Assembly: GCA_018240425.1 (NCBI GenBank) | Contig: JAFEFU010000029.1 | Location: forward strand, 9,460 to 73,459 | Direction of reading: 5' to 3' | DNA: 64,000 nucleotides | From: Pseudomonadota bacterium | GTDB lineage: Bacteria > Pseudomonadota > Alphaproteobacteria > Rhodobacterales > Rhodobacteraceae | The notes under the pieces: generated by a model | What the model was told of the DNA's origin: nothing | Seen by the model: the letters and a program-made list of their open reading frames with translations, nothing else | The model's database searches: none | Made by a program: the position numbers and the translations under genes | Part shown: positions 36,482 to 45,779 of the stretch, one piece after another | How the letters are laid out: every line of letters begins with the position of its first letter | Numbering within the stretch: the first letter of the stretch is position 1

Positions 36482-37081
36482 ATGACCGACGCCACCCGCG
36501 ACATCGAGGCGCTGATCGAACTGATGGCCCGGCTGCCGGGCCTCGGCCCGCGCTCGGCGCGCCGGGCGGTCCTGCATCTCATCAAGAAGCGCGGGCAGGT
36601 GATGGCGCCGCTGGCGCAGGCGATGGCCCGCGTCGCCGAAACCGCCCGCGAATGCGCAGTCTGCGGCAACATCGCCACCGCCGACCTGTGCGAGATCTGC
36701 GCCGACGACCGCCGCAACACCGGCGAGATCTGCGTGGTCGAGGATGTGGCCGACCTCTGGGCGATGGAGCGCGGCCAGGCCTACAAGGGCCGCTACCACG
36801 TCTTGGGCGGCACGCTCTCGGCGCTCGACGCCGTGGGCCCCGAGGAACTGGGCATCCCGCGCCTCGTCCGCCGCGTAACCGAGGAAGCCGCGCGCGAGGT
36901 GATCCTTGCGCTGAACGCCACCGTCGACGGCCAGACCACCGCCCATTACATCGCCGAGGCGCTGGACCCCACCGGCGCCGCCGTCACCACCCTCGCGCGC
37001 GGCGTTCCGGTCGGGGGCGAGCTCGACTATCTCGACGACGGCACCATCCAGGCGGCGCTCCGGGCGCGCAAGGCGTTCTGA
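36482..37081 (+). CDS. recR: recombination protein RecR
   Basis: [18 protein letters not shown]hH motif, CAVCGNI....CEIC zinc finger and a Toprim region ([15 protein letters not shown]). The start is at the ATG at 36482. Confidence 0.96.
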   Translation: MTDATRDIEALIELMARLPGLGPRSARRAVLHLIKKRGQVMAPLAQAMARVAETARECAVCGNIATADLCEICADDRRNTGEICVVEDVADLWAMERGQAYKGRYHVLGGTLSALDAVGPEELGIPRLVRRVTEEAAREVILALNATVDGQTTAHYIAEALDPTGAAVTTLARGVPVGGELDYLDDGTIQAALRARKAF

Positions 37082-37241
37082 CGGGCGCGGCGGCCCCGCC
37101 GTAAAGCGTCTTGCACCTGATCGGACACGCTGCTTGTCTTCTCTTTTCCTTGCCCGGATCCCCCGGGCAGCCCTTCGGTTTCGCCGTCGATTCGGGAGGC
37201 CGACGGACCGGGAGGGCGGCACACGGCCGCTTCGCCCAAGC

Positions 37242-37267
37242 AAAACCCCGGCACGGGGGCCGGGGTT
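37242..37267 (-). terminator. intrinsic terminator downstream of the DUF1013 gene
   Basis: ccccggc (37246-52) pairs with gccgggg (37259-65). On the minus strand the stem is followed by TTTTGCTT. The hairpin starts 9 nt past the stop. Confidence 0.65.
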
Positions 37268-37275
37268 CGTCAGGG

Positions 37276-38037
37276 TCAGCGGCGGCCGTGGTCGTCCTCG
37301 TCGTCGTCCTCGCCCGCGTCGGGCAGGTTGAAGAAGCTGTCGGCGTTGGAATAGTCCTGCGGCGAGCGCTCCTCTTCCTCACGGCTCGCGGGTGTGAACT
37401 TCTCGACGCCCTCGAGCCCGGTGCCGTGGCGCGGTTCGGCCGGCATGCCCAGCGACTGTTCGGTGGACACGAGCTTGCGCCGCTCATCGTCGTTCATCAC
37501 GCCGCCATCGGCCGCCTTCTTCTTGACCGCCTTCTGCACCGCCGCGTCCAGTTCGGACTGCCGGCAGAGACCGAGCGCGACCGGATCGACCGGGGTGATG
37601 TTGCCGATGTTCCAGTGGGTGCGCTCGCGGATTGCCGAAATCGTCGGCTTGGTGGTGCCGACCAGCTTGGCGATCTGGGCGTCGGCGAGTTCGGGGTGGA
37701 ACTTCACCAGCCACAGGATCGAGGCCGGCCGGTCCTGGCGCTTGGACAGGGGCGTATAGCGCGGGCCGCGGCGCTTTTCCTCGCCCAGGGCGGCGGCGTT
37801 GAACTTCAGCTTCAGCTTGTGCAGCGGATCCTTCTGGCCCTTCTCGATCTCGCTCGCCTCAAGCTGGTTGTTGGCGATCGGATCAAAGCCCTTCACCCCC
37901 TGCGCCACGTCGCCGTCGGCGATGCCCTGCACCTCCAGCTCATGCATCCCGCAGAAATCGGCGATCTGCTTGAAGCTGAGCGTGGTGTTGTCCACCAGCC
38001 AGACGGCGGTCGCCTTGGCCATCAGCGGTTTGGTCAT
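37276..38037 (-). CDS. DUF1013-domain protein (TrcR-like cell-cycle transcriptional regulator family)
   Basis: MTKPLMAKATAVWLVDNTTLSF.QIADFCGMHELEV.GIADG.... plus a second repeat ILWLVKFHPEL.DAQI.KLVGTTK.TI..IR.RTHWN are typical of DUF1013. It has an acidic C-terminal tail. The start was moved to the ATG at 38037. Confidence 0.85.
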   Translation of the reverse strand: MTKPLMAKATAVWLVDNTTLSFKQIADFCGMHELEVQGIADGDVAQGVKGFDPIANNQLEASEIEKGQKDPLHKLKLKFNAAALGEEKRRGPRYTPLSKRQDRPASILWLVKFHPELADAQIAKLVGTTKPTISAIRERTHWNIGNITPVDPVALGLCRQSELDAAVQKAVKKKAADGGVMNDDERRKLVSTEQSLGMPAEPRHGTGLEGVEKFTPASREEEERSPQDYSNADSFFNLPDAGEDDDEDDHGRR

Positions 38038-38187
38038 CGGATCACTCCTTCGCATTGCCCCACTTGCGGGGGCCGGACAAATCTTTCCCGCGCCGGGAAA
38101 ACGGCTGCGGTCTTTCGGCCGCCTTTCCACGTTTTCGGGGAAGTTGGCGCGCTATATAGTCCCGCAGCCTGCCCAAGGAAAGAGAAA

Positions 38188-38820
38188 ATGCGCGCCGCCC
38201 ATTTCCTGATTGCGCTCCTGCTGGCCAGCCCCGCCCTGGCGGGCGGGCGACCCGGCGATTTCGACTATTACGTCCTCTCTCTGGGCTGGACCCCAAGCTG
38301 GTGCGCCGAGACCGGCGACACCCGCCAAGATGCCCAGTGCGACGGCGGCGCGGGCCTTGGTTTCACCCTGCACGGGCTCTGGCCGCAGTACGAGAGCGGC
38401 TGGCCCGAAGGGTGCCCGACCTCGGCCCGCCCGCCGTCACGCCGACAGACGGCGGAGATGGCCGACATCATGGGATCGGCGGGGCTGGCCTGGCACGAGT
38501 GGAAGAAGCACGGCACCTGTTCGGGGCTGACGGCAGGGGATTACTTCGCCCTCGCTCGCCGGGCCTTTGGGCAGACCCATATCCCCGCCACTTTCTCGCC
38601 CCTCGGCCATGACCTGCGCATCGCCCCGGAGGCGGTCGAGGAGGCGTTCATCGAGGCCAATCCGGGGCTGGACCGCGCCACGATCGCCGTCACCTGCGGG
38701 CAGGGCAGGATCGAGGAGGTGCGCATCTGCCTGACCGGCGACCTGCAACCGCGCCCCTGTGGCGCGGACGTGGCGCGGGGGTGCGCGGCATCCTCGGCGC
38801 TGATGGAGCGGACACGCTGA
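38188..38820 (+). CDS. secreted ribonuclease T2 family protein
   Basis: Signal peptide MRAAHFLIALLLASPALA. CAS I-like FTLHGLWPQ and CAS II-like WHEWKKHGTC motifs, with conserved Cys pairs. Confidence 0.88.
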   Translation: MRAAHFLIALLLASPALAGGRPGDFDYYVLSLGWTPSWCAETGDTRQDAQCDGGAGLGFTLHGLWPQYESGWPEGCPTSARPPSRRQTAEMADIMGSAGLAWHEWKKHGTCSGLTAGDYFALARRAFGQTHIPATFSPLGHDLRIAPEAVEEAFIEANPGLDRATIAVTCGQGRIEEVRICLTGDLQPRPCGADVARGCAASSALMERTR

Positions 38821-38826
38821 GCGGGA

Positions 38827-39816
38827 TCACCGCACCTTCAGCACAATCTTTCCGACATGGTCCGCGCCCTCGATCCGGCGGTGGGCTTCGGATGCCTCGG
38901 CCAGCGGAAACTCCGAATCCATCACCGGCGCGACCCGGCCCGCCGCCAAGAGCGGCCAGACCCGGGCGCGCAGGTCGTCGGCAATCGCCGCCTTGGCCAC
39001 GTCCGACTGCGGGCGAAGCGTCGAGCCGGTGATCGTCAGCCGCCGCGTCATCACCTGGGCGAAATTCAGCTCGACCTTGGGGCCCTGCAGGAAGGCGATC
39101 TGCACCAGACGGCCATCATCGGCGAGGGCGCGCACGTTGCGCGGCAGGTAGTCGCCGCCGACCATGTCGAGGATCAGGTCGGCGCCGCCCTCTGCGGCCA
39201 GGACATCGACGAAATCCCCGGTCCGGTAGTTGATCGCCCGCTCGGCCCCCAGCCGCTGGCAGACGGCACATTTCTCGTCCGAACCGGCGGTGGCGAAGAC
39301 CCGCGCGCCGAAGGCCCGCGCGAGCTGGATCGCGGTGGTGCCGATGCCCGAGGTGCCGCCATGCACCAGGAACCGTTCGCCGGCCCTGAGGCCGCCGCGC
39401 AGGAACACGTTCGTCCAGACGGTGAAGAAGGTCTCGGGCAGGCAGGCGGCCTCGCGCAGGCCAAGCCCCCCGGGGACCGGCAGGGCGTGGGCGGCTGGCG
39501 TCAGCGCATATTCGGCGTAGCCGCCGCCGGGCAGAAGCGCGCAGACCTGATCGCCCACCCGCCAGCCGCCGACCCCTTCGCCCACTGCCGCCACCCGCCC
39601 CGATGCTTCGAGCCCGGGCAGGGGCGAGGCCGAGGCCGGCGGCGCATAGGCCCCGGCGCGCTGCAAGGCATCGGGCCGGTTGACGCCCGCCCAGGTCACC
39701 TCGATCAGCACCTGCCCCGCCCCCGGCCGCGGCACCGGCCTTTCGCACGGGGCCAGAACCTCGGGGCCGCCGGGCCGGGTGATCTCGACGGCGCGCATGG
39801 TCGCGGGCAGGGTCAT
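38827..39816 (-). CDS. qor: NAD(P)H:quinone oxidoreductase (zeta-crystallin/PIG3-type MDR)
   Basis: 329-aa ORF with VNRPD..QR.G.Y.PP, VHGGTSGIGTTAIQLA and a C-terminal GKIVL. Confidence 0.88.
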   Translation of the reverse strand: MTLPATMRAVEITRPGGPEVLAPCERPVPRPGAGQVLIEVTWAGVNRPDALQRAGAYAPPASASPLPGLEASGRVAAVGEGVGGWRVGDQVCALLPGGGYAEYALTPAAHALPVPGGLGLREAACLPETFFTVWTNVFLRGGLRAGERFLVHGGTSGIGTTAIQLARAFGARVFATAGSDEKCAVCQRLGAERAINYRTGDFVDVLAAEGGADLILDMVGGDYLPRNVRALADDGRLVQIAFLQGPKVELNFAQVMTRRLTITGSTLRPQSDVAKAAIADDLRARVWPLLAAGRVAPVMDSEFPLAEASEAHRRIEGADHVGKIVLKVR

Positions 39817-39818
39817 GG

Positions 39819-40505
39819 TCAGCCTTTCCGTCCGGGCAGGTCCGAGGGGATGGGCGCGGGCGCGCGCACCCGGTCGAGCAGTTTCAGCGGCCCGGCCAGC
39901 GCCTTGCCCAGCCCCGAGGCGCGGAAGTCGGCCTTGGTCTTCTCGAACCGCATCACGTCGGCAATCCGCCGGTCGAGAAAGTCCCAGGTCGCCTCGTGCC
40001 CCGGGCTGTCGTCGCCCAGCCAGTAAAGGACGGTGGCCGAATAGACCGCCGACAGGGTCATGCGCTTGGAATACCAGTTGATGTCGGCCGAATTGTCGCC
40101 AAGCGCCCGCCAGATCGCGTCGGCCGTGCCCCAGATCAGCCGGCTGCCGGTGGCCAGGTGCTGCGGCAGGGCGAAGAGCGCGGTGCCGCGGCGGACCGCC
40201 TCGCGGTCGGCACCCTCGATGCGCAGGCGGGCGGCCCTTGCGACCCGCTGGCTGAAGCGCAGGCCACCGAGGTCCGCCGCCTCCAGCGCCTGTGCCAGCG
40301 CCCGGTCGCCCGCCAGATGGTGATCGACGGCAAGATCAAGCGCCCCGCGCGGGCAGAGGACGCGGGCGAGGTCCGGGGCGATCCCGGCGTCCGCCGCCGC
40401 TGCGCGGAAGGTCGCCTCGGTCCAGCCGTCGAAGGCCACATGCGGAAGCGCCGCCGCCAGAAGGCGGGCGCGGTCCCCGGCCCCGGTGGTCCTCTCTGCG
40501 CTCAT
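39819..40505 (-). CDS. COQ9-family protein (rpsU-divergently transcribed protein)
   Basis: 228-aa ORF in the classic divergent position to rpsU. Its helical TetR-like N-terminus (LLAAALPHVAFDGWT) and the C-terminal ...WY.KR..L..VY..T.LYWL.D.S fit the COQ9 family. Confidence 0.78.
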   Translation of the reverse strand: MSAERTTGAGDRARLLAAALPHVAFDGWTEATFRAAAADAGIAPDLARVLCPRGALDLAVDHHLAGDRALAQALEAADLGGLRFSQRVARAARLRIEGADREAVRRGTALFALPQHLATGSRLIWGTADAIWRALGDNSADINWYSKRMTLSAVYSATVLYWLGDDSPGHEATWDFLDRRIADVMRFEKTKADFRASGLGKALAGPLKLLDRVRAPAPIPSDLPGRKG

Positions 40506-40610
40506 GCCCCTTGATACCGCGCGCGGACGGTGGACAAAAGCCCAAACCCCTGCTAAGCGGGCGCTTCCTGCAATTCATGCAACTCTAACTTAGGAAGGTG
40601 GTGACACCAC

Positions 40611-40817
40611 ATGCAGGTCAGCGTTCGCGACAACAATGTCGAACAGGCTCTTCGCGCCCTGAAGAAGAAACTTCAGCGCGAGGGTGTGTTTCGCGAAATG
40701 AAGCTCAAGCAGCATTTCGAGAAGCCGTCCGTGAAGAAAGCCCGCGAGCAGGCCGAGGCCGTCCGCCGCGCCCGTAAACTGGCGCGCAAGAAGGCCCAGC
40801 GCGAAGGCGCTCTCTGA
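40611..40817 (+). CDS. rpsU: 30S ribosomal protein S21
   Basis: 68-aa [34 protein letters not shown]....EKPS.K. Confidence 0.96.
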   Translation: MQVSVRDNNVEQALRALKKKLQREGVFREMKLKQHFEKPSVKKAREQAEAVRRARKLARKKAQREGAL

Positions 40818-40876
40818 GCACCTCGCACCGGCGCTTGCCCGGAACGTTGGCGGGGGCAACCCCGCGCCACGATCAA

Positions 40877-40904
40877 CCCCTGCGGCCCGGCCACAGGGGT
40901 TTTT
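40877..40904 (+). terminator. intrinsic terminator of rpsU
   Basis: cccctg (40877-82) pairs with cagggg (40894-99) and is followed by TTTTT (40900-04). Confidence 0.75.
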
Positions 40905-41001
40905 CGTTGCCCGAGGTCGATGGAGATGAAAAGGTTAGCCATTGCGCTAACTTTCTGCGCGGGCAATAATCGCCTGACAGCCACTGGACCAGAGGCCTGA
41001 C

Positions 41002-41232
41002 ATGACACCCGACACACCCGCCGCCGCCAAGGGGCCGGCGTCCTACTTCCCCTCGATCATCAAGACCTATGGCCGCCCGATCGAGGAATGGCAGGCGCTG
41101 ATCCGCGCCCGGCCGGATCTGAAGCACATGGAACTGGTGGCCTGGCTGAAGGAAGCGCATGGCCTGGGCCACGGTCATGCCAATGCACTGGTCGCCCATA
41201 CGCTTGCCCAGGACCGCAAGGCCGCGCCGTAG
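41002..41232 (+). CDS. DUF4287-domain protein
   Basis: 76-aa ORF with SYFPSIIKTYGRPIEEW..LI......KHMELVAWLK.EHGLGHGHANALV, typical of DUF4287. Confidence 0.8.
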   Translation: MTPDTPAAAKGPASYFPSIIKTYGRPIEEWQALIRARPDLKHMELVAWLKEAHGLGHGHANALVAHTLAQDRKAAP

Positions 41233-41253
41233 CCGGCGGCGTCTGGCCGGACC

Positions 41254-42093
41254 TCAGACCAGCAGCGTCGCCAGCGCCCAGATGCCGAGGACCGAGGCCG
41301 TCAGCGGCAGGGTGCGCGCGCCGAAGGGGGCGAGCCGTTCGGTCAGGATCAGCGCGCCGAGGGCCGCGATCCAGATCAGGTTCATCGCGCCGCCCACGAA
41401 CAGGAGAAGCATCAGCGCCCAGCAGCAGCCGACGCATTCGATCCCGTGCCGGAACCCCATCCGCAGCGCGCCCCGGCGGCCCGGCCGCCAGTGCCGCGAC
41501 AGGAAGGCGACGGGCGAGCGGCAGGCCGCAAGGCAGGTCCGCTTCAGCGGCGACAGCTGGAAGACAGCGGCGAAGGCCAGAAGCCCGGCGCTCAGCCAGC
41601 GGCTTTGCGACCAGAGCATCATCTCGGAAATCAGCCCCGTCGCCGACAGCCCGACCTGAAGGGCGGAGGCCGCCAGCGAAAATCCCAGCCAGACAAGAAG
41701 ATAGCCGCCCAGCATCCAGGCCGCCGGGACCGGCCCCCGGGCAATCTGCCCCAGCCGCTGGCCGCGCCGGATGGTGCGGGCATAAAGCAGGATCATCGGC
41801 GCCGAGGCGGGCACCATCATCGCCGCCATCATCACCCACCACATGAACGCGACGAGGCCCAGACAGGCGATGTCCAGAGAGGCGGGCGCGTCCATCCCCG
41901 GCATAACGGTGGCCGGAGTGCTGTGAGGAAACAGCGCCGCCTGCGTCATGTCGAGGGCGTTCATCCCGAGGCCCGCGCCTTCGAGGATCCACAGCCAGGC
42001 CGCCAGCGTCACGACGGCAAGCGCGGCAAGGGCCAGGGCCTGTTCGTGCCGCACAAGCCGTTCGGCCAGGGCATTCTCGCCGCCGGCGGTCAC
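41254..42093 (-). CDS. DUF2182-family predicted metal-binding integral membrane protein
   Basis: Polytopic ORF with the MWWVMMAAMM(V/L)P motif. I propose the GTG start at 42093, which overlaps the DUF1326 stop (GTGA). The track ORF starts at 42132. Confidence 0.8.
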   Translation of the reverse strand: MTAGGENALAERLVRHEQALALAALAVVTLAAWLWILEGAGLGMNALDMTQAALFPHSTPATVMPGMDAPASLDIACLGLVAFMWWVMMAAMMVPASAPMILLYARTIRRGQRLGQIARGPVPAAWMLGGYLLVWLGFSLAASALQVGLSATGLISEMMLWSQSRWLSAGLLAFAAVFQLSPLKRTCLAACRSPVAFLSRHWRPGRRGALRMGFRHGIECVGCCWALMLLLFVGGAMNLIWIAALGALILTERLAPFGARTLPLTASVLGIWALATLLV

Positions 42094-42731
42094 GACGCGA
42101 TCAGGCCGAAGGGGCCGAAATGCGCATCCCACAGCGCGACATAGCAGCCGTCATGGGCGAAGTCGGCAAGGCCATCGACCTTGACCTGAAAGTCGGCGCT
42201 GCCCATCTCGGCCTCCCTGAACTCGAAGCCTTCGGGCAGCCGGATGAGCGCGCGGTGCGGCCGGCCCGTCACCGGATTGCGGATCGGGGCAACGTCGGCG
42301 GCCAGCCTCTCGCCGATCCGGAGGCGCGCGGTGCGGGCCGAGACATCGCAGGCAAAATCGATCTCGGCGAAGAGGGGGTCATGTTCGACCTCGATCGTCG
42401 AGCCGTAGATGTTGGCCGCCGTGGTCGGTTCCTGCTCCTTGCCGCCGAGGATGGTCAGAAGCGCCTCGACCTGGGAAGCGGTCGCGCGACGGTCGATGAT
42501 TCCCTGCACCACGCCGCGGCCCTCGTGGACGGCGCCCGGCCAGCGGTACCAGGACGCGACCGCGAGTCCGTCAAGCCGGACATCGCCGAAATGCCCCTTG
42601 TCGATGCGCTGCGCCTCGAGTCCCTGGCAATAGCCCCGCGTCGGGCGGGCGTTGAATTCGCAGGGGCAGCCGTAATCACAGCTGCAAACGCCGATCTTCG
42701 GACCCCGGATTTCCCAGTCCACATAGGCCAT
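42090..42731 (-). CDS. DUF1326-domain protein
   Basis: The N-terminal W.I.G....VCSCDYGCPCEFNARPT.G.C cysteine motif is characteristic of DUF1326. Confidence 0.85.
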   Translation of the reverse strand: MAYVDWEIRGPKIGVCSCDYGCPCEFNARPTRGYCQGLEAQRIDKGHFGDVRLDGLAVASWYRWPGAVHEGRGVVQGIIDRRATASQVEALLTILGGKEQEPTTAANIYGSTIEVEHDPLFAEIDFACDVSARTARLRIGERLAADVAPIRNPVTGRPHRALIRLPEGFEFREAEMGSADFQVKVDGLADFAHDGCYVALWDAHFGPFGLIAS

Positions 42732-42945
42732 CTTCGCCCCTCCCCACAGGGGTCGGCGCCGCGACTCGGGCCGACGCGCAACGCAAGAGTATCACGATCC
42801 CGTGAGCCAGGACATGCCGAGCGGCAGGGCGGCGATCGGCGGATTCCCGCCGCGGTTGCGGCGCAGACGCTGGGAAGGCTTTTCCAAACGGGGAGGCCTC
42901 TCTAGAAAAACCGCAGCTAACAGGCAAAAAACCGAGGGACAGACG

Positions 42946-43404
42946 ATGACCGACCTTTCCCGACGATCGTTCTTTGGCTTGGGCGCAGCCTTGGCCGTGG
43001 CAGCCTGCGGGGCGCCGCCGCGGGTGGCCGAAGCGGCCGGCACCGGCGCTTCACCGCAGATGAACCGGCTCATCAACCGCTACGCCGACTACTACGACAT
43101 GCCGGAATCGCTCGTCCACCGCGTCGTGCGGCGGGAAAGCGGCTACAATCCCGCGGCGCGCAACGGCAACTACTACGGCCTGATGCAGATCGACCCGCGC
43201 ACCGCCCGGACGATGGGCTACACCGGCACCCCTTCGGGCCTCCTCGATGCCGAGACCAACCTGAAATATGCCGGCAAGTACCTGCGCGGCGCCTGGCTGG
43301 TCGCCAGGGGCAGCGAGGACCGCGCCGTCATGTGGTACTCCAAGGGCTATTACTACGAGGCCAAGCGCATGGGTCTTCTGGAAGAAACCGGCCTGCGCGC
43401 CTGA
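42946..43404 (+). CDS. lytic transglycosylase (SLT domain) lipoprotein / Tat-signal protein
   Basis: MTDLSRRSFFGLGAALAVAAC signal, then the SLT catalytic region VVRRESGYNPAARNGNYYGLMQI. The start was moved to the ATG at 42946. Confidence 0.85.
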   Translation: MTDLSRRSFFGLGAALAVAACGAPPRVAEAAGTGASPQMNRLINRYADYYDMPESLVHRVVRRESGYNPAARNGNYYGLMQIDPRTARTMGYTGTPSGLLDAETNLKYAGKYLRGAWLVARGSEDRAVMWYSKGYYYEAKRMGLLEETGLRA

Positions 43405-43411
43405 GCGGGTC

Positions 43412-43882
43412 TCAGACCGGAATCGCGGTGGTCTTGAACACCGTCCTCAGCGCGAAGGACGAATGCATCTGCGCAACCCCCGGCAGGCGGGCCAGATACT
43501 GGCGGTGGATGCGGGCAAAGTCGTCGGTGTCCTCGGCCACCACCTTCAAGAGATAGTCGGCGGTTCCCGCCATCAGGTGACATTCCAGCACGTCCGGCAC
43601 CCGGCGCACCTCGCGCTCGAACGCCTCGAGAACCTCGTCGGCCTGACCCGACAGGGTGATCTCGACGAACACGGTCGTCGGCCGCCCCATCCGCCGCGCA
43701 TCGAGAAGCGCCACATAGGCGTCGATCGGCCCCTCGCTTTCCAGCCGCTGCACCCGGCGGTGGCAGGCCGATGGCGACAGGTTGACCAGTTCCGAAATCT
43801 CGGCGTTGGTCAGCCGGCCGTTTTTCTGCAATGCGGCAAGAATTCGGCGATCTGTTGCGTCCATCTCCATGCTTGCGCACAT
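43412..43882 (-). CDS. Lrp/AsnC-family transcriptional regulator
   Basis: DRRILAALQKNGRLTNAEISELVNLSPSACHRRVQRLE plus a C-terminal RAM domain. It is divergent from ald. Confidence 0.92.
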   Translation of the reverse strand: MCASMEMDATDRRILAALQKNGRLTNAEISELVNLSPSACHRRVQRLESEGPIDAYVALLDARRMGRPTTVFVEITLSGQADEVLEAFEREVRRVPDVLECHLMAGTADYLLKVVAEDTDDFARIHRQYLARLPGVAQMHSSFALRTVFKTTAIPV

Positions 43883-44012
43883 CCTTTCGACAAATCACCG
43901 GGCAATTCGTAAATACTCCCGCGCCCTGTCAAAAGCACCACCGATCTTTGCAAAGCAATTGCGCCGGGGAAAGCGCATTGTGCCGCCAATGATATTCGGA
44001 GGATTCCCCAAA

Positions 44013-45128
44013 ATGAAAATCGGCTGCCCCAAGGAAATCAAGCCGCAGGAATTTCGCGTCGGCATGACGCCGAACGCCGCGCGCGAGGCCGTCTCGCACG
44101 GCCACGAGGTGCTGATCGAGAAGAACGCCGGCGCGGGCGCGGGCTTTTCGGACGCCGACTATGTCGCGGCCGGCGCCAAGATCCTCGATACCGCCGCCGA
44201 GATCTTTGCCAGGGCCGACATGATCGTGAAGGTGAAGGAACCGCAGGCGGTCGAGCGCAAGATGCTGCGCGAAGGCCAGATCCTCTTCACCTACCTGCAC
44301 CTGGCGCCCGATCCCGATCAGACCCACGACCTGCTGAAATCCGGCGCCACCTGCATCGCCTATGAAACCGTGACCGACCGCAACGGCGGCCTGCCCCTGC
44401 TTGCGCCGATGTCGGAAGTGGCCGGACGCCTCGCCCCGCAGGTCGGCGCCTGGACCCTGCAGAAGGCCAACGGCGGCCGCGGCGTGCTGCTGGGCGGGGT
44501 TCCCGGCGTGTCGCCGGCGCGCGTCCTTGTCATCGGGGGCGGCGTCGTCGGCACCCACGCGGCCAAGATCGCCGCCGGCATGGGCGCGGACGTGACCGTG
44601 CTCGACCGCTCGATCCCGCGCCTGCGCTATCTGGACGACGTGTTCGGCGGCAGGTTCAAGAACGCCTATGCCAGCGAAGGCAACACCATCGACCTCGCCC
44701 GCCAGGCCGACATGATCATCGGCGCGGTGCTGATCCCCGGCGCCGCGGCGCCGAAGCTGATCTCGAAGGCGCAGCTGAAGGAACTGAAACCCGGCGCGGC
44801 ACTCGTCGACGTGGCCATCGACCAGGGCGGCTGCTTCGAGACCTCGCGCGCGACCACCCACCAGGATCCGATCTACGAGGTGGACGGGATCATGCACTAT
44901 TGCGTGGCCAACATGCCCGGCGCGGTGGCGCGGACCTCGACGCTGGCGCTTGGCAACGCGACCATGCCCTTCATGCTCGCGCTCGCCGACAAAGGCTGGA
45001 AACAGGCCTGCGCCGACGATGTTCACCTGCTGAACGGCCTGAACGTCCATGCCGGCAAGCTGACCTATGAGGCCGTGGGCAAGGCGCTGAACCTGCCGAC
45101 CGTCAAGGCGGCCGATGTGCTGAAGTAA
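44013..45128 (+). CDS. ald: alanine dehydrogenase
   Basis: [16 protein letters not shown] and the [22 protein letters not shown]ossmann fold. The start was moved to the ATG at 44013. Confidence 0.96.
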   Translation: MKIGCPKEIKPQEFRVGMTPNAAREAVSHGHEVLIEKNAGAGAGFSDADYVAAGAKILDTAAEIFARADMIVKVKEPQAVERKMLREGQILFTYLHLAPDPDQTHDLLKSGATCIAYETVTDRNGGLPLLAPMSEVAGRLAPQVGAWTLQKANGGRGVLLGGVPGVSPARVLVIGGGVVGTHAAKIAAGMGADVTVLDRSIPRLRYLDDVFGGRFKNAYASEGNTIDLARQADMIIGAVLIPGAAAPKLISKAQLKELKPGAALVDVAIDQGGCFETSRATTHQDPIYEVDGIMHYCVANMPGAVARTSTLALGNATMPFMLALADKGWKQACADDVHLLNGLNVHAGKLTYEAVGKALNLPTVKAADVLK

Positions 45129-45149
45129 GCAGGACCGGAGAAACCAGAA

Positions 45150-45174
45150 GGCCCGCCAATTGGCGGGCCTTTTT
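45150..45174. terminator. bidirectional intrinsic terminator between ald and mscL
   Basis: ggcccgcc (45150-57), loop aatt, ggcgggcc (45162-69), then TTTTT on the plus strand. On the minus strand it is followed by TTCTGGTTTCT. Confidence 0.75.
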
Positions 45175-45191
45175 CGTCCGCAGCGGACGGA

Positions 45192-45611
45192 TCACTTTTT
45201 CAGTGCGTCGCGGATCTGCAGAAGAACGTCCAGTTCGCTCGGGCCGGCCGGCGCCGCGGGTGCCGCTTCCTTCTTGACCGCCGCGTCCTTCACCTTGTTG
45301 ACCATCTTGACCAGCAGGAAGACCACGAAGGCGATGATCAGGAAGTTGATGACCGCGGTGATGAACGCGCCATAGGCAAAGACCGGGGCGCCCGCGTCCC
45401 TGGCGGCCTTGAGCGATGCGAACTCGCCGCTGCCGAGATTGATGAACAGGTTCGAGAAATCGATTCCACCGGTGACCAGGCCAATGATCGGATTGATCAG
45501 ATCGGAAACCAGCGATGTCACGATCGCCGTGAAGGCCGCGCCGATGATGATGCCGACGGCCATGTCCATGACATTGCCCTTGGCGATGAAATCCTTGAAC
45601 TCTTTCAACAT
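45192..45611 (-). CDS. mscL: large-conductance mechanosensitive channel
   Basis: [31 protein letters not shown] is canonical MscL. Confidence 0.96.
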   Translation of the reverse strand: MLKEFKDFIAKGNVMDMAVGIIIGAAFTAIVTSLVSDLINPIIGLVTGGIDFSNLFINLGSGEFASLKAARDAGAPVFAYGAFITAVINFLIIAFVVFLLVKMVNKVKDAAVKKEAAPAAPAGPSELDVLLQIRDALKK

Positions 45612-45779
45612 TTCATGTCCCCGTGTTGACGCTTCTTTCCCCGGCGCTTCTCACACACCGGATGCGGGCCGAAGCGTAGCATGGGTTTCGCAAATCGAAA
45701 CGGTCAAAAATTCCGAAAATTTCCCCCCGGGCCGCGCCACTGCCCGGCAGGGACGCCGGGCAGCGCAGCCGCGCGGCGG

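Noticed and set aside
35462-37081. 539-aa plus-strand ORF apparently fusing the lipase-like N-terminus to RecR
   Set aside because: Only the first ~90 codons and the last 199 codons (recR) look protein-like. The middle is antisense to the RAYT gene and crosses the REPIN. It is split into a pseudogene fragment and recR with its own ATG at 36482.
45685-45701. Palindrome gtttcg-caaat-cgaaac in the AT-rich region upstream of mscL
   Set aside because: It could be an operator or part of the pheT 3-prime structure. It is a single short palindrome with no second line of evidence.
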